The notes: generated from the sequence alone by a model not told the origin. Positions 50,327-61,226 are shown, counted from the first letter of the stretch. The stretch is 64,000 bases of DNA from Planctomycetota bacterium (GCA_044225365.1 JBGAIQ010000002.1:32001-96000); one strand, 5' to 3'. Numbers and translations are program-made.

Positions 50327-50773
50327 ATGTCCGAACGCCTCAACCCGAAGCACCGACCCTTCGTCATCGTGGCCGAAGACGACGAGGAGATGCGAACGCT
50401 GCTTCGCATGACTCTGTCGGCGGCGGGCTGCGACGTCTGTGAATGCAACGACGGAGCGGAACTCGTCGCGGCGCTGGACTCGCGCGCTGCGGTCGGCGAT
50501 CTCGACGCGATCGACCTCGTCGTCTCGGACATCCGCATGCCGAACGTCACGGGGCTCGAGGCGCTGCGAAATTCGTCTCAGCACATGGGGGCGCCGCCGA
50601 CGATCCTGATCACGGGCTTCGGCGATTCGAATACGATCGAGCAAGCGATCGAGAGCGGCGCCGACGCGGTGTTCGACAAGCCGTTCGACCTCGGATTGCT
50701 CCTGATCCGGGCGCAGGAACTCATACGCGATCGTCGCGGACGAACCTCGCCGTGGACGGACTTCGACTTCTGA
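50327..50773 (+). CDS. Single-domain response regulator
   Basis: VAEDD, VSDIRMP, ITGFG, KPF; alternative start at 50300. Confidence 0.88.
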   Translation: MSERLNPKHRPFVIVAEDDEEMRTLLRMTLSAAGCDVCECNDGAELVAALDSRAAVGDLDAIDLVVSDIRMPNVTGLEALRNSSQHMGAPPTILITGFGDSNTIEQAIESGADAVFDKPFDLGLLLIRAQELIRDRRGRTSPWTDFDF

Positions 50774-50785
50774 TCTCTCGTGCGA

Positions 50786-52279
50786 TCACTTGGACGAGAC
50801 GATCGAAAGATCGATCTGGCCGAGGTTCTTCATGATCCCGCCGAACTCCGACTGGAACGCGCCGGACTTGAGACTCGCGGCGGTCATGCGGATGTGAGTC
50901 GGATCGGCGCTGCCGATACCCAGCGTGCCGTCCAATCCGTACCACTTCCCGTCGATCGCGACCTCGCACCACGCGTGGCCGCCGAACTCGCCATTGTCGC
51001 CCATGTTGACATAGAGCAGTCCCATCGCCACGCGCGCCGGGATGCCGACGGAGCGACACGCCGCCGCGAGTAGGACGGCGTGCTCGGAGCAGTCGCCCTC
51101 GCACGAAGTCAATGTCTCCGCCGCGCTCGCGAATCCCACTCCCATGTTCTTCTTCGTGATGTGGAGGAACACGGCGTGCTCGATCTTCTGGGCGGCTCGC
51201 CACGCGTTCTTCTCGTCGCCGATCGCCTTCTTCGCGAAGGCGAGGATCGCGGGATCGTCCGCTTCGACGAGGGAGCTCGACGCCAGGAACTCGGCGTAGC
51301 CCTGCTTCAACGATTCGTCGCCGACGAGTTGCGCGCCATCGTTCTCGGGAGTCACCGTCCGAACGACGAAGAGCCGCTTGCCGTCGAGTCCGCTCTCCAG
51401 ATCGACCCACTCCTGATGCGGATCTTGCGGGAGATCGACCTTCTCGAGCGGCGGCTTCGGCTGGATGTCGTACGCGACCTCGACGAGCGTGCGCGGTGAC
51501 TTCAGCACGATGTTCGAGCGAATCATCAACTGGGTGAAGACCTCGGCGCCCTTCGAGCCGCCGGCCTCGACGTACTGCTCCTTCGTGGCGTCGAGTGCGT
51601 CGAACGAGAGTCCGAGCATGCTCACGATCTCACGGCGAGAATCGCCTTCGTCGTCGAGCCAGCGCGTGCTCGGCGGAACGGTCGGCGCGTCGGAGACCAT
51701 GTGGAAGCGATGGAGGTTCATCTTGCCCGTCGGCAGTTCGACGACCTCGTCGCCTTCGCAGGTGGCGCGAACCCTGAACGGGTCGCCATTGCTGAAATCG
51801 AACTGATAGAAGGTGATCGTGGCACCCTTCGCGAACTTCGTCGCTTTGAACCGGCGCGCGGTCTCGCGCGGTCCCGGGATGTCCTCGCTCCAGTCGACCT
51901 CGACCAAGCGAGGCTTGCCGCTCGATTTGACCGTGACCTTCATCGTGTCTCCGACCACGATGCCTTCGAACTCCTGCGGCATCTTGGAGAACGTCACGCT
52001 GGAGGTCATCTTCGTGATGTGTCCGGCGGCGTCCTCGTAGGTCGTTCCACTCTGCTCGATCTCGATCGGAGTCTGGAGGCGCGCGAGTCGCATCACGAGG
52101 CTCGACGTCGTCTCGTAGCTGCTCTCGTTCCCGTTCTTCTTCTCGACGGTCGTCGTCTTGCCGAAGCCGGAAGTCTTGCCCTCGACCTTCATCACGATGT
52201 AACTGTCCGCGGCCCGCGCGGTGCACAGCAGTGAGAGGGCCGAGAGTGTGACGATGAGGCTGCGGACGGCGACACGCAT
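50786..52279 (-). CDS. Secreted transglutaminase-like domain protein
   Basis: Signal peptide; GDCSEHA (Cys), GHAWCEV (His), LDGT (Asp). Confidence 0.88.
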   Translation of the reverse strand: MRVAVRSLIVTLSALSLLCTARAADSYIVMKVEGKTSGFGKTTTVEKKNGNESSYETTSSLVMRLARLQTPIEIEQSGTTYEDAAGHITKMTSSVTFSKMPQEFEGIVVGDTMKVTVKSSGKPRLVEVDWSEDIPGPRETARRFKATKFAKGATITFYQFDFSNGDPFRVRATCEGDEVVELPTGKMNLHRFHMVSDAPTVPPSTRWLDDEGDSRREIVSMLGLSFDALDATKEQYVEAGGSKGAEVFTQLMIRSNIVLKSPRTLVEVAYDIQPKPPLEKVDLPQDPHQEWVDLESGLDGKRLFVVRTVTPENDGAQLVGDESLKQGYAEFLASSSLVEADDPAILAFAKKAIGDEKNAWRAAQKIEHAVFLHITKKNMGVGFASAAETLTSCEGDCSEHAVLLAAACRSVGIPARVAMGLLYVNMGDNGEFGGHAWCEVAIDGKWYGLDGTLGIGSADPTHIRMTAASLKSGAFQSEFGGIMKNLGQIDLSIVSSK

Positions 52280-52403
52280 GAACGACTCCTGGACCAGGTT
52301 CCATCGGCAGGGGGATGGCGGACGCCGCCGATTGTAGATGGAAGGGCTTCGCGAAGCCCTTGTACAATCGCCGCCACGTGGAAGCCCGCACGATGGAAAC
52401 ATC

Positions 52404-53243
52404 ATGACCTCGAAGAACGACGAGCCGCGAGCTCGTGCCGAGAAGCCCGAGAAGGTCACGGCGCCGAAGATCGCCGCGATGAAGGGCGCGAAGAAGATCG
52501 TTGCGCTCACCGCGTACGACTATCCGACCGCGCGCCTCGTCGACGAGGCGGGGCTCGACTTCGTTCTCGTCGGCGACTCCGCGAGCAACGTGGTGCTCGG
52601 CAACGACAGCACGCTGCCAATGACGCTCGATGCGATGCTGCTCTTGTCGCAGGCGGTGGTGAAGGGGTGCGCTCGAGCGCTCGTCGTCGGCGATCTCCCG
52701 TTCGGGAGCTATCACGCGTCGACGCGACAGGCCGTGCGATCCTCGATCCGATTCGTGAAGGAAGCGGGCGTCGGCGCGGTGAAACTCGAGGGCGGCATCG
52801 AGCGCGCCGAGGCGGTGAAAGCGATCGTCGAAGCGGGCATTCCCGTGATGGGACACGTTGGACTGCGGCCGCAAGCGCTGCTCGCGATGGGTGGGTACAA
52901 GGTGCAGGGGCGCGGCGACGCGGCCGCGGCCCGCATGATCGAGGACGCGCAGGCGATCGCCCAAGCGGGCGCTTTCGCCGTCGTCCTCGAGGCGATCCCA
53001 GCGCCGCTCGCGGCGCAGATCACGCGTGAACTCCGAGTTCCCACGATCGGCATCGGCGCGGGCGGCGAGTGCGACGGCCAGATCCTCGTGCTCCACGACT
53101 TGATCGGGCTGTCGTTCGGCAAGCGGGCGAAGTTCGTGCGGCCCTACGCCGACGTCGCCGCGGTCCTGCGCGATGCGTTCGCGCGGTTCAAGGACGACGT
53201 CGCGAGCGGCGCGTTCCCGAGCGAGAGCGAGACGTATCGCTGA
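52404..53243 (+). CDS. panB: 3-methyl-2-oxobutanoate hydroxymethyltransferase
   Basis: LTAYD, LVGDS, DLPFGSY, VKLEGG, GHVGL, IGIGAG, DGQILV. Confidence 0.97.
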   Translation: MTSKNDEPRARAEKPEKVTAPKIAAMKGAKKIVALTAYDYPTARLVDEAGLDFVLVGDSASNVVLGNDSTLPMTLDAMLLLSQAVVKGCARALVVGDLPFGSYHASTRQAVRSSIRFVKEAGVGAVKLEGGIERAEAVKAIVEAGIPVMGHVGLRPQALLAMGGYKVQGRGDAAAARMIEDAQAIAQAGAFAVVLEAIPAPLAAQITRELRVPTIGIGAGGECDGQILVLHDLIGLSFGKRAKFVRPYADVAAVLRDAFARFKDDVASGAFPSESETYR

Positions 53244-53261
53244 CGGCGAAACGGCTCGTCT

Positions 53262-54431
53262 TCAGCGACGTCGCAGCGCTTCGGTCGGCGTCATCGATGC
53301 GGCGCGATAGGCCGGCCAGACGCCACCGAGCAATCCGAGTCCGAGCGAGAAGAGTACCGCGACGACCAGCACCATCGGCGTGATCTCGAATGCGAACGAC
53401 ACATCGGTGAAGGTCGCGAAGTTCGACGTGCTCGTCTCCCTACCATTGAGAGGTTGCACCAGCACGCAGCCGAGCAATCCACCGAGCAACCCGAGCACGA
53501 TCGACTCGAAGAGGAACGACAGGAAGATCGACCACGGCTTGAAGCCGATCGACAACAGGATCCCGATCTCGTGGGTGCGCGACGCGAGCGCCGCGAGCAT
53601 CGTGTTCGTCGCGGTGAAGATCGCGGCGATACCCATGACGACGCCGAGGAACGAGCCGAGCCCGATGAGGACGCCCGACAGCATCTCGGTCTGCTTGCCG
53701 AGGTACTCGCGTTCGGTGAGGACTTGCGCCGGAGTCTGCGGGTCCTTGTCGATCACGGCCGCGAAGTCCGCGAGCTTCACGCCCGGCTTCAATTTCGCGA
53801 TCACGCGGCTGAAGTTCGGGCGCTGCAGTGCAACGGAGATGCGTTCGATGTCGCCCCAGATCTCGGAGCCGAACGGTCCATCGTTCTCGAACACTCCGAC
53901 GACCTTGAAAGGAGTCGTGTTGAACACGATCGAATCGCCGAGTCCGCAATCGCGGAACTTGCCGACGAGTCGACTGCCCACGATCACCTCGTCGCTGCCG
54001 AACGTGAACATCTTGCCGTCGCGAATCGTCACCGATCCGCCGTTGATCGCGAGGCTCTGCGGCTGGACACCGCGAATCGGCACGTTCGTCTCGCCCCCGC
54101 CCGTTCGATAGCGGCGGACCGCGAGGAAGCACTCCATCGCCGCCAGCGGTTGGCCGCTCGAGTCGACCGCGATCTCCGGTCGCGACTTGATCAGGATCTG
54201 CGCCTGTTCACGTTGGAAGAACGAGTCGCTCTCGTTGGTCGCGCCGGGACGCAAGAACACCACCACCTCGCTGCGCCCGCCGGCATCAAACATCTTCGCG
54301 AAGCCTTGCTGCAGAGCGATGACGCCGGCGACGACGGTGACCGTCGCCGCGATGCCGAGCAGCGTGAGGAACGTGGCAGAGCGGCGGACGAAGAGACTGC
54401 GCAGGTTGTAGGAAAGAGGTACGAGAGCCAT
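53262..54431 (-). CDS. ABC transporter permease (MacB/FtsX family)
   Basis: RTHEIGILLSIGF; four-TM layout; PAYRAA..PTEALR. Confidence 0.9.
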   Translation of the reverse strand: MALVPLSYNLRSLFVRRSATFLTLLGIAATVTVVAGVIALQQGFAKMFDAGGRSEVVVFLRPGATNESDSFFQREQAQILIKSRPEIAVDSSGQPLAAMECFLAVRRYRTGGGETNVPIRGVQPQSLAINGGSVTIRDGKMFTFGSDEVIVGSRLVGKFRDCGLGDSIVFNTTPFKVVGVFENDGPFGSEIWGDIERISVALQRPNFSRVIAKLKPGVKLADFAAVIDKDPQTPAQVLTEREYLGKQTEMLSGVLIGLGSFLGVVMGIAAIFTATNTMLAALASRTHEIGILLSIGFKPWSIFLSFLFESIVLGLLGGLLGCVLVQPLNGRETSTSNFATFTDVSFAFEITPMVLVVAVLFSLGLGLLGGVWPAYRAASMTPTEALRRR

Positions 54432-55603
54432 CACGCCTCCGCCCGCAGAGCATCGACGACTTTCGTGCGCAGGATCATCGCGGCGGGTGCGAGTCCGGCG
54501 GCAATCCCGATCATCAGCGCGACGATGGTGCCATTGCGCATCGTCTCGATCAGTACGGCGAAGCCCGGGAAGCGCGTTCCGAGCATGGCTCCGAGCGAAC
54601 CCTCGATCGACTTCGCGAGCAGGATTCCCGTGCCGCCGCCGACCAGGGAGATGACGATGGCCTGCAGGAAGAACAAGAGGAAGACCACCAACCCGGTGAA
54701 TCCGAGCGCTTTCAGGATGCCGATGTCGCGAGTCTGCTCGCGCGCGGCGAGCAGCATCGTGTTGACGACGGCGAGCAGGATCGCGAACGCGACGGCGCCG
54801 CCGATCGAGCCGACGAAGAACGGTACGTTGCCGAGCATCGAGACGAACTGTGCCTGGAACTCCGACTCCGACGTGCTCTGCGTACGTTGCGGACCGTTGT
54901 GGAAGAGTTGGTCGATCTCGCGCATGACCGCGATCGGCTCCGCCGATTTCTCGATCAGGGAGACGATCACGCCAACGCCCTGCGGCCCGAGGGCGGCGCC
55001 CGCTTCCTGACTGTCTCGCACGTACTGATCGTGGAAGAACATCGTCTGCTGGTCGACGTTGCGCGAGGTCGAACGATACACGGCGGCGAGCTTGAACTCC
55101 CAGGGCTGGCCGTCGAGGCGCGGATAGATCGTGCCCTGCAAGGGGATCGTCTGGCCGACTTGCCAACCGTACTTCTTCGCGAGATCGATTCCGACGATGC
55201 ACGATCCGCGCGAGCGGAGGAACTCGTCCTTCGATCCTTCGACGACCTCGATCTCCGGATAGGTCTGGAACAGATGCTCCTCGTCGACGCCGAACTGAGC
55301 GAAGAAGTTCGATCGTTGCTGGTAGATCCCGCCGAACCAGTTCCACGCCACGACTTCGCGGACGCCCGGCACCTGACGGATCTTCGCGAGATACGAGCGC
55401 GGCATCACGACGAAGAGCGATACCGCCGACTGCGTGATCACCCGATCGGAACGCGCGTTCTTCACGCCGGCTTCGAGCGTGGTGAGCAACGAGTACAGCG
55501 TGACGATGAGGAACAGGGCGATGACGACCGACCCGAGCGTGAGGAGCGATCGGATCGGATGCTTCAGCATGTTGCGAAACAGGAGGAGCGTCGGGAATCG
55601 CAT
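54431..55603 (-). CDS. ABC transporter permease (MacB/FtsX family)
   Basis: EQTRDIGILKALGF; large periplasmic domain; VVDALR. Confidence 0.9.
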   Translation of the reverse strand: MRFPTLLLFRNMLKHPIRSLLTLGSVVIALFLIVTLYSLLTTLEAGVKNARSDRVITQSAVSLFVVMPRSYLAKIRQVPGVREVVAWNWFGGIYQQRSNFFAQFGVDEEHLFQTYPEIEVVEGSKDEFLRSRGSCIVGIDLAKKYGWQVGQTIPLQGTIYPRLDGQPWEFKLAAVYRSTSRNVDQQTMFFHDQYVRDSQEAGAALGPQGVGVIVSLIEKSAEPIAVMREIDQLFHNGPQRTQSTSESEFQAQFVSMLGNVPFFVGSIGGAVAFAILLAVVNTMLLAAREQTRDIGILKALGFTGLVVFLLFFLQAIVISLVGGGTGILLAKSIEGSLGAMLGTRFPGFAVLIETMRNGTIVALMIGIAAGLAPAAMILRTKVVDALRAEA

Positions 55604-55605
55604 GG

Positions 55606-56307
55606 TCAGCGTGCTCCTGGCGAAACGGCCTCGACCTCGGCGAGTCGGCCCTTGTCGAGATGGACGATCGTCTTCGCCGAACGCGCCGCGACCGGATCGT
55701 GCGTGACCATGACGATCGTCTTGCCGAGTTCGCCGTTCAATCGGCGAAGCAGTTCGAGGACCGAGTCCGCCGAAGTGCGATCGAGATCGCCCGTTGGTTC
55801 GTCGGCGAGGATCAGCTTGGGGTCGGTGACGAGCGCGCGAGCGATCGCGACGCGCTGCTCCTGACCGCCGGAGAGTTGTCCCGGCCGATGATCCATGCGG
55901 TCCTTCAGGCCCACGAGTTCGAGTGCATACTCCGCGTGTTCCTTGCGCTTGCTGCGCGAGAGCGGCGTGAGCAGAAGCGGAAGCTCGACGTTCTGCAGGG
56001 CCGTCAACACCGGAATCAGATTGAAGCCCTGGAAGACGAATCCGACGTGGTCGGCGCGCCAGCGCGCGAGCGCATCGCCCTCGAGGTCCATGAGGTTCTC
56101 GTCGCCGACGATCACGTCTCCCGAGTCTGCACGATCGAGGCCGCCGATCAGATTGAGGAGGGTCGACTTGCCCGATCCCGAGGGACCCATGAGAGCCACG
56201 AACTGGCCCGCGGGAATCTCGAGGTCGAGGTGGTCGATCACGGTCAGCGTCTCCCCGCCGCGCGCGTACGACTTCGTGACCTGTCGCAGTTCGATCAGAT
56301 TGCCCAT
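55606..56307 (-). CDS. ABC transporter ATP-binding protein (LolD/MacB-like)
   Basis: [30 protein letters not shown]. Confidence 0.95.
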   Translation of the reverse strand: MGNLIELRQVTKSYARGGETLTVIDHLDLEIPAGQFVALMGPSGSGKSTLLNLIGGLDRADSGDVIVGDENLMDLEGDALARWRADHVGFVFQGFNLIPVLTALQNVELPLLLTPLSRSKRKEHAEYALELVGLKDRMDHRPGQLSGGQEQRVAIARALVTDPKLILADEPTGDLDRTSADSVLELLRRLNGELGKTIVMVTHDPVAARSAKTIVHLDKGRLAEVEAVSPGAR

Positions 56308-56318
56308 GGTGAACGATC

Positions 56319-57776
56319 CTACTTCGAGGAATTCGACGCGGGGGAAAGGGGAAGGACGCGGTCGCCCGAGCGCAACGTCGGCGGCGGTGAGCGCAGGACG
56401 ACATCGCCTTCGGTCACGCCGCTCTTCACGACGATCAGGTCGGAGATCTTCTCGCCGAGGTCGACGGCGCGCTCGACCGCGACGTCGCGCTCGAGGACGA
56501 ACACGAACGTCTTGCCGCCGACGCGCACGACGGAGTCCTGCGGCGCCATGATCAGGTCCGGCGACGTGGTCGCGCCCACATCGGTCTTCGCCTGTGCACC
56601 GAACACGATCCGGCACTGCATCTCGGGTCGCAGTCGCTCATCGGGAGTCGTGATCTTCGCGCGGACTTCGATCGTGCCCTTCTGCTTGTTCGCGGTCGGC
56701 CAGATGCGGTCGACGATCGCGGCGTAGGGCTTGCTCGGATAGGCGTCGAGGAAGAACGTCGACGGCGCGTTCAACTCGACGAGCCCGATCGATGCCTCGG
56801 GCACCTCGGCTTGCACTTCGAGACTCGCGAAGTCGACCATCGTGGCGACCGAGCCGCGCGCGTTGCCGCCAGCCTGGACGTTCGGCGACACGACTTCGCC
56901 CACTTCGGCATCCTTCAGAACGACGATGCCGTCGAAGGGCGCACGAATCACGGTCTTGTCGAGGCGCGCCTTGGCTTCATCGCGCGCGGCCGCCTTCACC
57001 TTCAATAGTTCGACCGCTTGCTTCGCTGCGGACTCCTGGACGCCGATCGCGGCGGCGCCCTGCGCGAGATCGGCAACCGCGGCCGCTTCCCGCGCCTTCG
57101 CCGATTCGACGCGCGACTTCGCGGACTTCAGCGAAGCCTCGGCCTGCTCCAGCAACTTGACGTTCTCGGCGCCGTCCTTGACGAGATCCTGCATCCGTTT
57201 CACTTCGAGCGTCCACAGCACGTCGTCCGCCTCGGCTTCGGCGATCGACGCCGTGGCCGCGTTCTTGACGCTCTCGAGGCGATCGCGTTCGGCCTTGGTG
57301 CGAACGAGCGTCGCGACCTCGCGTCGCGAGGCCTCCTGCGCGACCTCCAGATCGCCCTCCGCCGCCGCGAGCGCGGCTTTGTACTCCTCGTCGTACAGGC
57401 GGGCGACGACGAATCCCTTCGACACTTTCTGACCCTCGACGACGTTGAGTTCGACGATGCGGCCCGGTGTGTCGGCCGAGAGCGCGGCCTTCACTCGTGC
57501 GATGATGTACCCGTTCGCCGATGCGCCGGCGATCGTCCCCGCGGCCGCGGGACTACGACGCACGACTTCACCCGTCGCGACCTTCGGGAGGCGCATGCGA
57601 TCGATTCCATCCAGGATCGGAGCCTTGAACAAGACGCCGCACGCAACGACGACTCCGAGGGCGACGAGCTTGCCGATCGGCCACGGTCGACCGCGTCCGC
57701 GCGACGCGGTCGCTGCGGCGCGGGGAGGGGTCGACGATTCGGGGCCGCGGTCGATCTTGAGGCGATTGAGGTCCAA
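56319..57776 (-). CDS. Efflux periplasmic adaptor (membrane fusion protein)
   Basis: TM anchor; [11 protein letters not shown]; coiled coil; IRAPFDG; LRPEM; TTG start after a GAAGG RBS (start uncertain). Confidence 0.9.
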   Translation of the reverse strand: MDLNRLKIDRGPESSTPPRAAATASRGRGRPWPIGKLVALGVVVACGVLFKAPILDGIDRMRLPKVATGEVVRRSPAAAGTIAGASANGYIIARVKAALSADTPGRIVELNVVEGQKVSKGFVVARLYDEEYKAALAAAEGDLEVAQEASRREVATLVRTKAERDRLESVKNAATASIAEAEADDVLWTLEVKRMQDLVKDGAENVKLLEQAEASLKSAKSRVESAKAREAAAVADLAQGAAAIGVQESAAKQAVELLKVKAAARDEAKARLDKTVIRAPFDGIVVLKDAEVGEVVSPNVQAGGNARGSVATMVDFASLEVQAEVPEASIGLVELNAPSTFFLDAYPSKPYAAIVDRIWPTANKQKGTIEVRAKITTPDERLRPEMQCRIVFGAQAKTDVGATTSPDLIMAPQDSVVRVGGKTFVFVLERDVAVERAVDLGEKISDLIVVKSGVTEGDVVLRSPPPTLRSGDRVLPLSPASNSSK

Positions 57777-57922
57777 CGAAACTGCCTTCGATCCGAGGAT
57801 TCGAGCCGAGTAGTTCACGCGCCCGACGCGTGAATTGCAATGGGGCCGTCGCTTCGTCGTGTCGGGGCGAGCGGATTCAGTAATCTGGTGGGGGATCGCT
57901 CCTACCGCTGCGAGTGAACCTC

Positions 57923-58513
57923 ATGAAGAAGTCGCGTCCGATGCGTACGCCGTTCCGGTCCGAGCCGCTCCACACGGCGAATTTCCCAGTGTTCGAACGT
58001 CTGTTCGGCGAGCGCGGTGCATGTGGCGGATGCTGGTGCATGACTCCGCGCCTCACGCGGCGCGAATACGAGGGCAGCAAGGGCGAGCCGAATCGCCGCG
58101 CGATGCGGAAACTCGCCGCGCGCGATCTCGCGCCGGGCGTGCTCGTCTTCAAGGGAGGAGATCCCGATGCCGTCGGCTGGTGCGCCGTCGGACCGCGTGA
58201 GGAGTTCCTCCAACTGAAGAACTCGCGCATCCTCGCTCCGGTCGACTCGAGACCCGTGTTCTCGATCGTGTGCTTGTTCGTCGCGAAGACCGCACGCCGA
58301 ACGGGAGTCTCGGTTGCCGCCATCGAGGCGGCGGTGGAGTACGCGAAGAGTCATGGCGCCGAGTGCGTCGAGGCCTATCCGATCGCGCCGAAGAAGGAGG
58401 ATGTCCCTCCGGTATTCGCGTACCCCGGATTGCTCGCGGCCTACGAAGCCGCGGGCTTCGTCGAGGTCGCTCGACGATCGCCGACGCGTCCGATCGTGCG
58501 TCGCGATCTGTGA
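57923..58513 (+). CDS. GNAT family acetyltransferase
   Basis: GCWCM, VGWCAVGPR, IVCLFV..ARRTGVS, VEAYP, AGFVEV. Confidence 0.88.
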   Translation: MKKSRPMRTPFRSEPLHTANFPVFERLFGERGACGGCWCMTPRLTRREYEGSKGEPNRRAMRKLAARDLAPGVLVFKGGDPDAVGWCAVGPREEFLQLKNSRILAPVDSRPVFSIVCLFVAKTARRTGVSVAAIEAAVEYAKSHGAECVEAYPIAPKKEDVPPVFAYPGLLAAYEAAGFVEVARRSPTRPIVRRDL

Positions 58514-58520
58514 GGAGTGT

Positions 58521-58766
58521 TCAGCGCTTCGCGCGTGCGGCGAGGATCGCTTGGACCAATTCTTCGGGGATCCCGTCCATCGGGGCGGCGGGATCGCGGC
58601 CGACGAAGGCGTCCTTCGTGAGCGACACCGTCTGTCGATAGCTCGCCATGTAGTCGACGCAGCCCGGGCAGAGCCGGAGGTGCTCTTCGAACGCCTGCCG
58701 CTCCGTCGCCGGGAGCGTGCCGTCGAGATACTCCATCAGGAAGCTGACGAATTCGCGGCACGTCAT
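58521..58766 (-). CDS. Zinc-finger (zf-HC2) anti-sigma factor
   Basis: MTCRE...EYLDG...FEEHL..CPGC (HxxxCxxC); overlaps the sigma gene stop. Confidence 0.9.
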   Translation of the reverse strand: MTCREFVSFLMEYLDGTLPATERQAFEEHLRLCPGCVDYMASYRQTVSLTKDAFVGRDPAAPMDGIPEELVQAILAARAKR

Positions 58767-59518
58767 GACGCAAGACTCGTTCGGAAGCGCTTGTCGAGGA
58801 TGCCACGGAGCGCTTGGCGCGCACGATGCAGGCGGATCTTCACGGCGTTGACGGAATCGCCGAGCAGGGTTGCAGTCTCCTCCGTCGAGCGACCCTCGAG
58901 ATCGCGGAGCTGGATCACCGCGCGATACGGGAGGGGGAGCTGATCGATCCCGTCGCGAACGATCGCCTGCGTCTCCGCGATCTCGGCGGGGGAATCGTGA
59001 CGCGACCACGGTTCGGGCCAGTCGGCGTGGTGGCCGTCGTCGAGGAAGCGGGGCAGCAGATCCTCGATCGCCAGCTCCGGGCGGCTCCTCTTCGCGCGGA
59101 GCTTCATCAGGGCGGCGTTCACGGCGATCCGATGCAGCCAAGTGGAGAATCGAGCCTCCGCACTGAAGCGATCGATCGAACGAAACGCGGCGAGGAACGC
59201 CTCCTGCACCGCGTCCATCGCATCCTGCTCGTCGTTCAGGATCCGCCGTGTGATGACGAGGATTCGCGGGCCGTACTCGCGGACCGCGAACTCGTAGGCG
59301 CGGGGATCGCCGCCGCGGAGGGCTGCGACGAGCGACGCGTCGTCATCGAGCGTGAAGAACGTGGGAGATGGCGAGCTCGCGCCAACTCCACCGGCGGCGG
59401 CGGACATCGCGAGCATCATCGCGGCGCGCAGGAGCCAAGACAATCCCCCGCCGTCGCGCTTCTTGCGGGCGGGCTGTTCGAGCGGCTCGGATTCGCGGTG
59501 TTCGGTGGGCTTCATCAT
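58763..59518 (-). CDS. ECF sigma-70 factor
   Basis: DAMDAVQEAFL, FSTWLHRIAVN, region 4 LRDLEGRSTEETA..LG.S.NAVKIRLHRAR; start uncertain. Confidence 0.9.
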   Translation of the reverse strand: MMKPTEHRESEPLEQPARKKRDGGGLSWLLRAAMMLAMSAAAGGVGASSPSPTFFTLDDDASLVAALRGGDPRAYEFAVREYGPRILVITRRILNDEQDAMDAVQEAFLAAFRSIDRFSAEARFSTWLHRIAVNAALMKLRAKRSRPELAIEDLLPRFLDDGHHADWPEPWSRHDSPAEIAETQAIVRDGIDQLPLPYRAVIQLRDLEGRSTEETATLLGDSVNAVKIRLHRARQALRGILDKRFRTSLAS

Positions 59519-59699
59519 CGGTGATTCGGGTTCGGGCGCTCCGATGCCGCTTCGGGTCGTGAGGTTGCATGGCGTGACCCCCGGAATCGAAGAAATCGAC
59601 TCCCCCGTTCCAACCCCGCACGTGTCGTCCGCGGCAGAAGTTATCCACAACTCATGAACACCCCTGGGAATTGGGGTCAGATCGTTATACTGCCCTGCG

Positions 59700-61226
59700 A
59701 TGGCGGGACTGAAACGAGTGCTGGTCGCGAACCGCGGCGAGATCGCGGTCCGCGTTCTGCGTGCATGCCGTGAGGAAGGCATCGAAACCGTCGCGGTGTA
59801 TTCCGAGGCGGATCGGAATGCATTGCACGTCCGCCTCGCCGATCAGGCTTTCTGCATCGGCAAACCGCAGGCCTCCGAGTCCTACTTGAACTCGGAGAAG
59901 ATCCTCGCCGTGGCCCGCCGCGCGGGTGCCGACTCGATCCATCCCGGATACGGATTCCTTTCCGAAAACGCCGATTTCGCAGACGCTTGTGTCCGCGCCG
60001 GCGTGAAGTTCATCGGCCCGTCCGGGGACGCGATGCGGAAGATGGGCGACAAGATCGAGGCGAAGCGCCGGATGCGCGCCGCCAACGTCCCGGTGGCCCC
60101 GGGCAGCGACGGTCCGATCGCCGACCCGGCCGAGGCCGAACGGATCGCGACGAGCATCGGCTTCCCGGTGATGATCAAGGCCGCGGCCGGTGGCGGCGGC
60201 AAGGGGATCCGCATCGTGCGCCAGGCCAGCGAGCTGGCCTCGGCCCTCGAACGCGCCCGCTCCGAAGCGGAAAAGTCGTTCAAAAGTGGTGCGGTCTATG
60301 TGGAAAAGTTCCTCGCGCGCCCGCGGCACGTCGAAATCCAGGTCCTGGCCGACAGCCATGGCAACGTGATCCACCTCGGCGAGCGCGAGTGCTCGGTCCA
60401 GCGGCGCCATCAGAAGATCATCGAAGAGACGCCGTCGTGCATCGTCGATGCCGACCTGCGGCACCGGATGGGCAGCGCGGCGGTCGCGGCGGCGAAGGCC
60501 GTCCACTACGAGAACGCCGGCACGGTCGAGTTCCTCGTCGATGCCGACCGCAATTTCTACTTCCTCGAGATGAATACCCGACTGCAGGTCGAGCACCCGA
60601 TCACCGAGTCGGTGACGGGCGTCGATCTGGTGCGCGCGCAGCTCCGCGTGGCCGCGGGGCAGCGTCTCGAAGTCACGCAAGCCGACATCGTTCAACGCGG
60701 ACACGCGATCGAGTGCCGCATCTGCGCCGAGGATCCCGACAACAACTTCCTGCCGTCGATCGGAACGATCAAGAAGCTCGACGTGCCGGGCGGCGGCCGC
60801 GTCCGCATCGATGGCTGCCTGTTCGAAGGCATGAAGGTCGAGGTCTGGTACGACTCGATGCTCGCGAAGCTGATCGTGCGCGCGAACGATCGCGAAGAAG
60901 CGATCGCGAGGATGAAGCGCGCGCTCGCCGAGTTCCAGGTGAGCGGCGTGAAGACGAACATCGGCTTCCTGCTCCGCGCGCTCGAGCAGCCGGAATTCAT
61001 CTCCGGTGAGTACGACACGGGTTTCATCGAACGCAACAAGCAAGCGCTCCTCGCCGGCCCAGCGGACGGCGAGATGGAAGATGTCGCGGTGATCGCGGTC
61101 GTCGTCGCGCGGGAGTTGCGTCGCCTCCGCTCGGCGAACGCTCGCAGCCTCACGGCTGGAGGCTCGAGCGATCCTTCCGTGAATCCGTGGCGGCGCGTCG
61201 CGCGCGGCTCGACATTGCGGCCCTGA
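59700..61226 (+). CDS. accC: Biotin carboxylase subunit (acetyl/propionyl-CoA carboxylase type)
   Basis: VANRGEIA, IHPGYGFLSEN, GGGGKG, ERECSVQRRHQK, FLEMNTRLQVEH, YDSMLAKL. Confidence 0.9.
   Translation: MAGLKRVLVANRGEIAVRVLRACREEGIETVAVYSEADRNALHVRLADQAFCIGKPQASESYLNSEKILAVARRAGADSIHPGYGFLSENADFADACVRAGVKFIGPSGDAMRKMGDKIEAKRRMRAANVPVAPGSDGPIADPAEAERIATSIGFPVMIKAAAGGGGKGIRIVRQASELASALERARSEAEKSFKSGAVYVEKFLARPRHVEIQVLADSHGNVIHLGERECSVQRRHQKIIEETPSCIVDADLRHRMGSAAVAAAKAVHYENAGTVEFLVDADRNFYFLEMNTRLQVEHPITESVTGVDLVRAQLRVAAGQRLEVTQADIVQRGHAIECRICAEDPDNNFLPSIGTIKKLDVPGGGRVRIDGCLFEGMKVEVWYDSMLAKLIVRANDREEAIARMKRALAEFQVSGVKTNIGFLLRALEQPEFISGEYDTGFIERNKQALLAGPADGEMEDVAVIAVVVARELRRLRSANARSLTAGGSSDPSVNPWRRVARGSTLRP

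Noticed and set aside
57923-58513. GNAT gene as the missing ArgA
   Set aside because: It lies about 45 kb from the operon, has no visible ARG box, and its CWC-type motifs do not resemble acylglutamate synthases; not formally excluded
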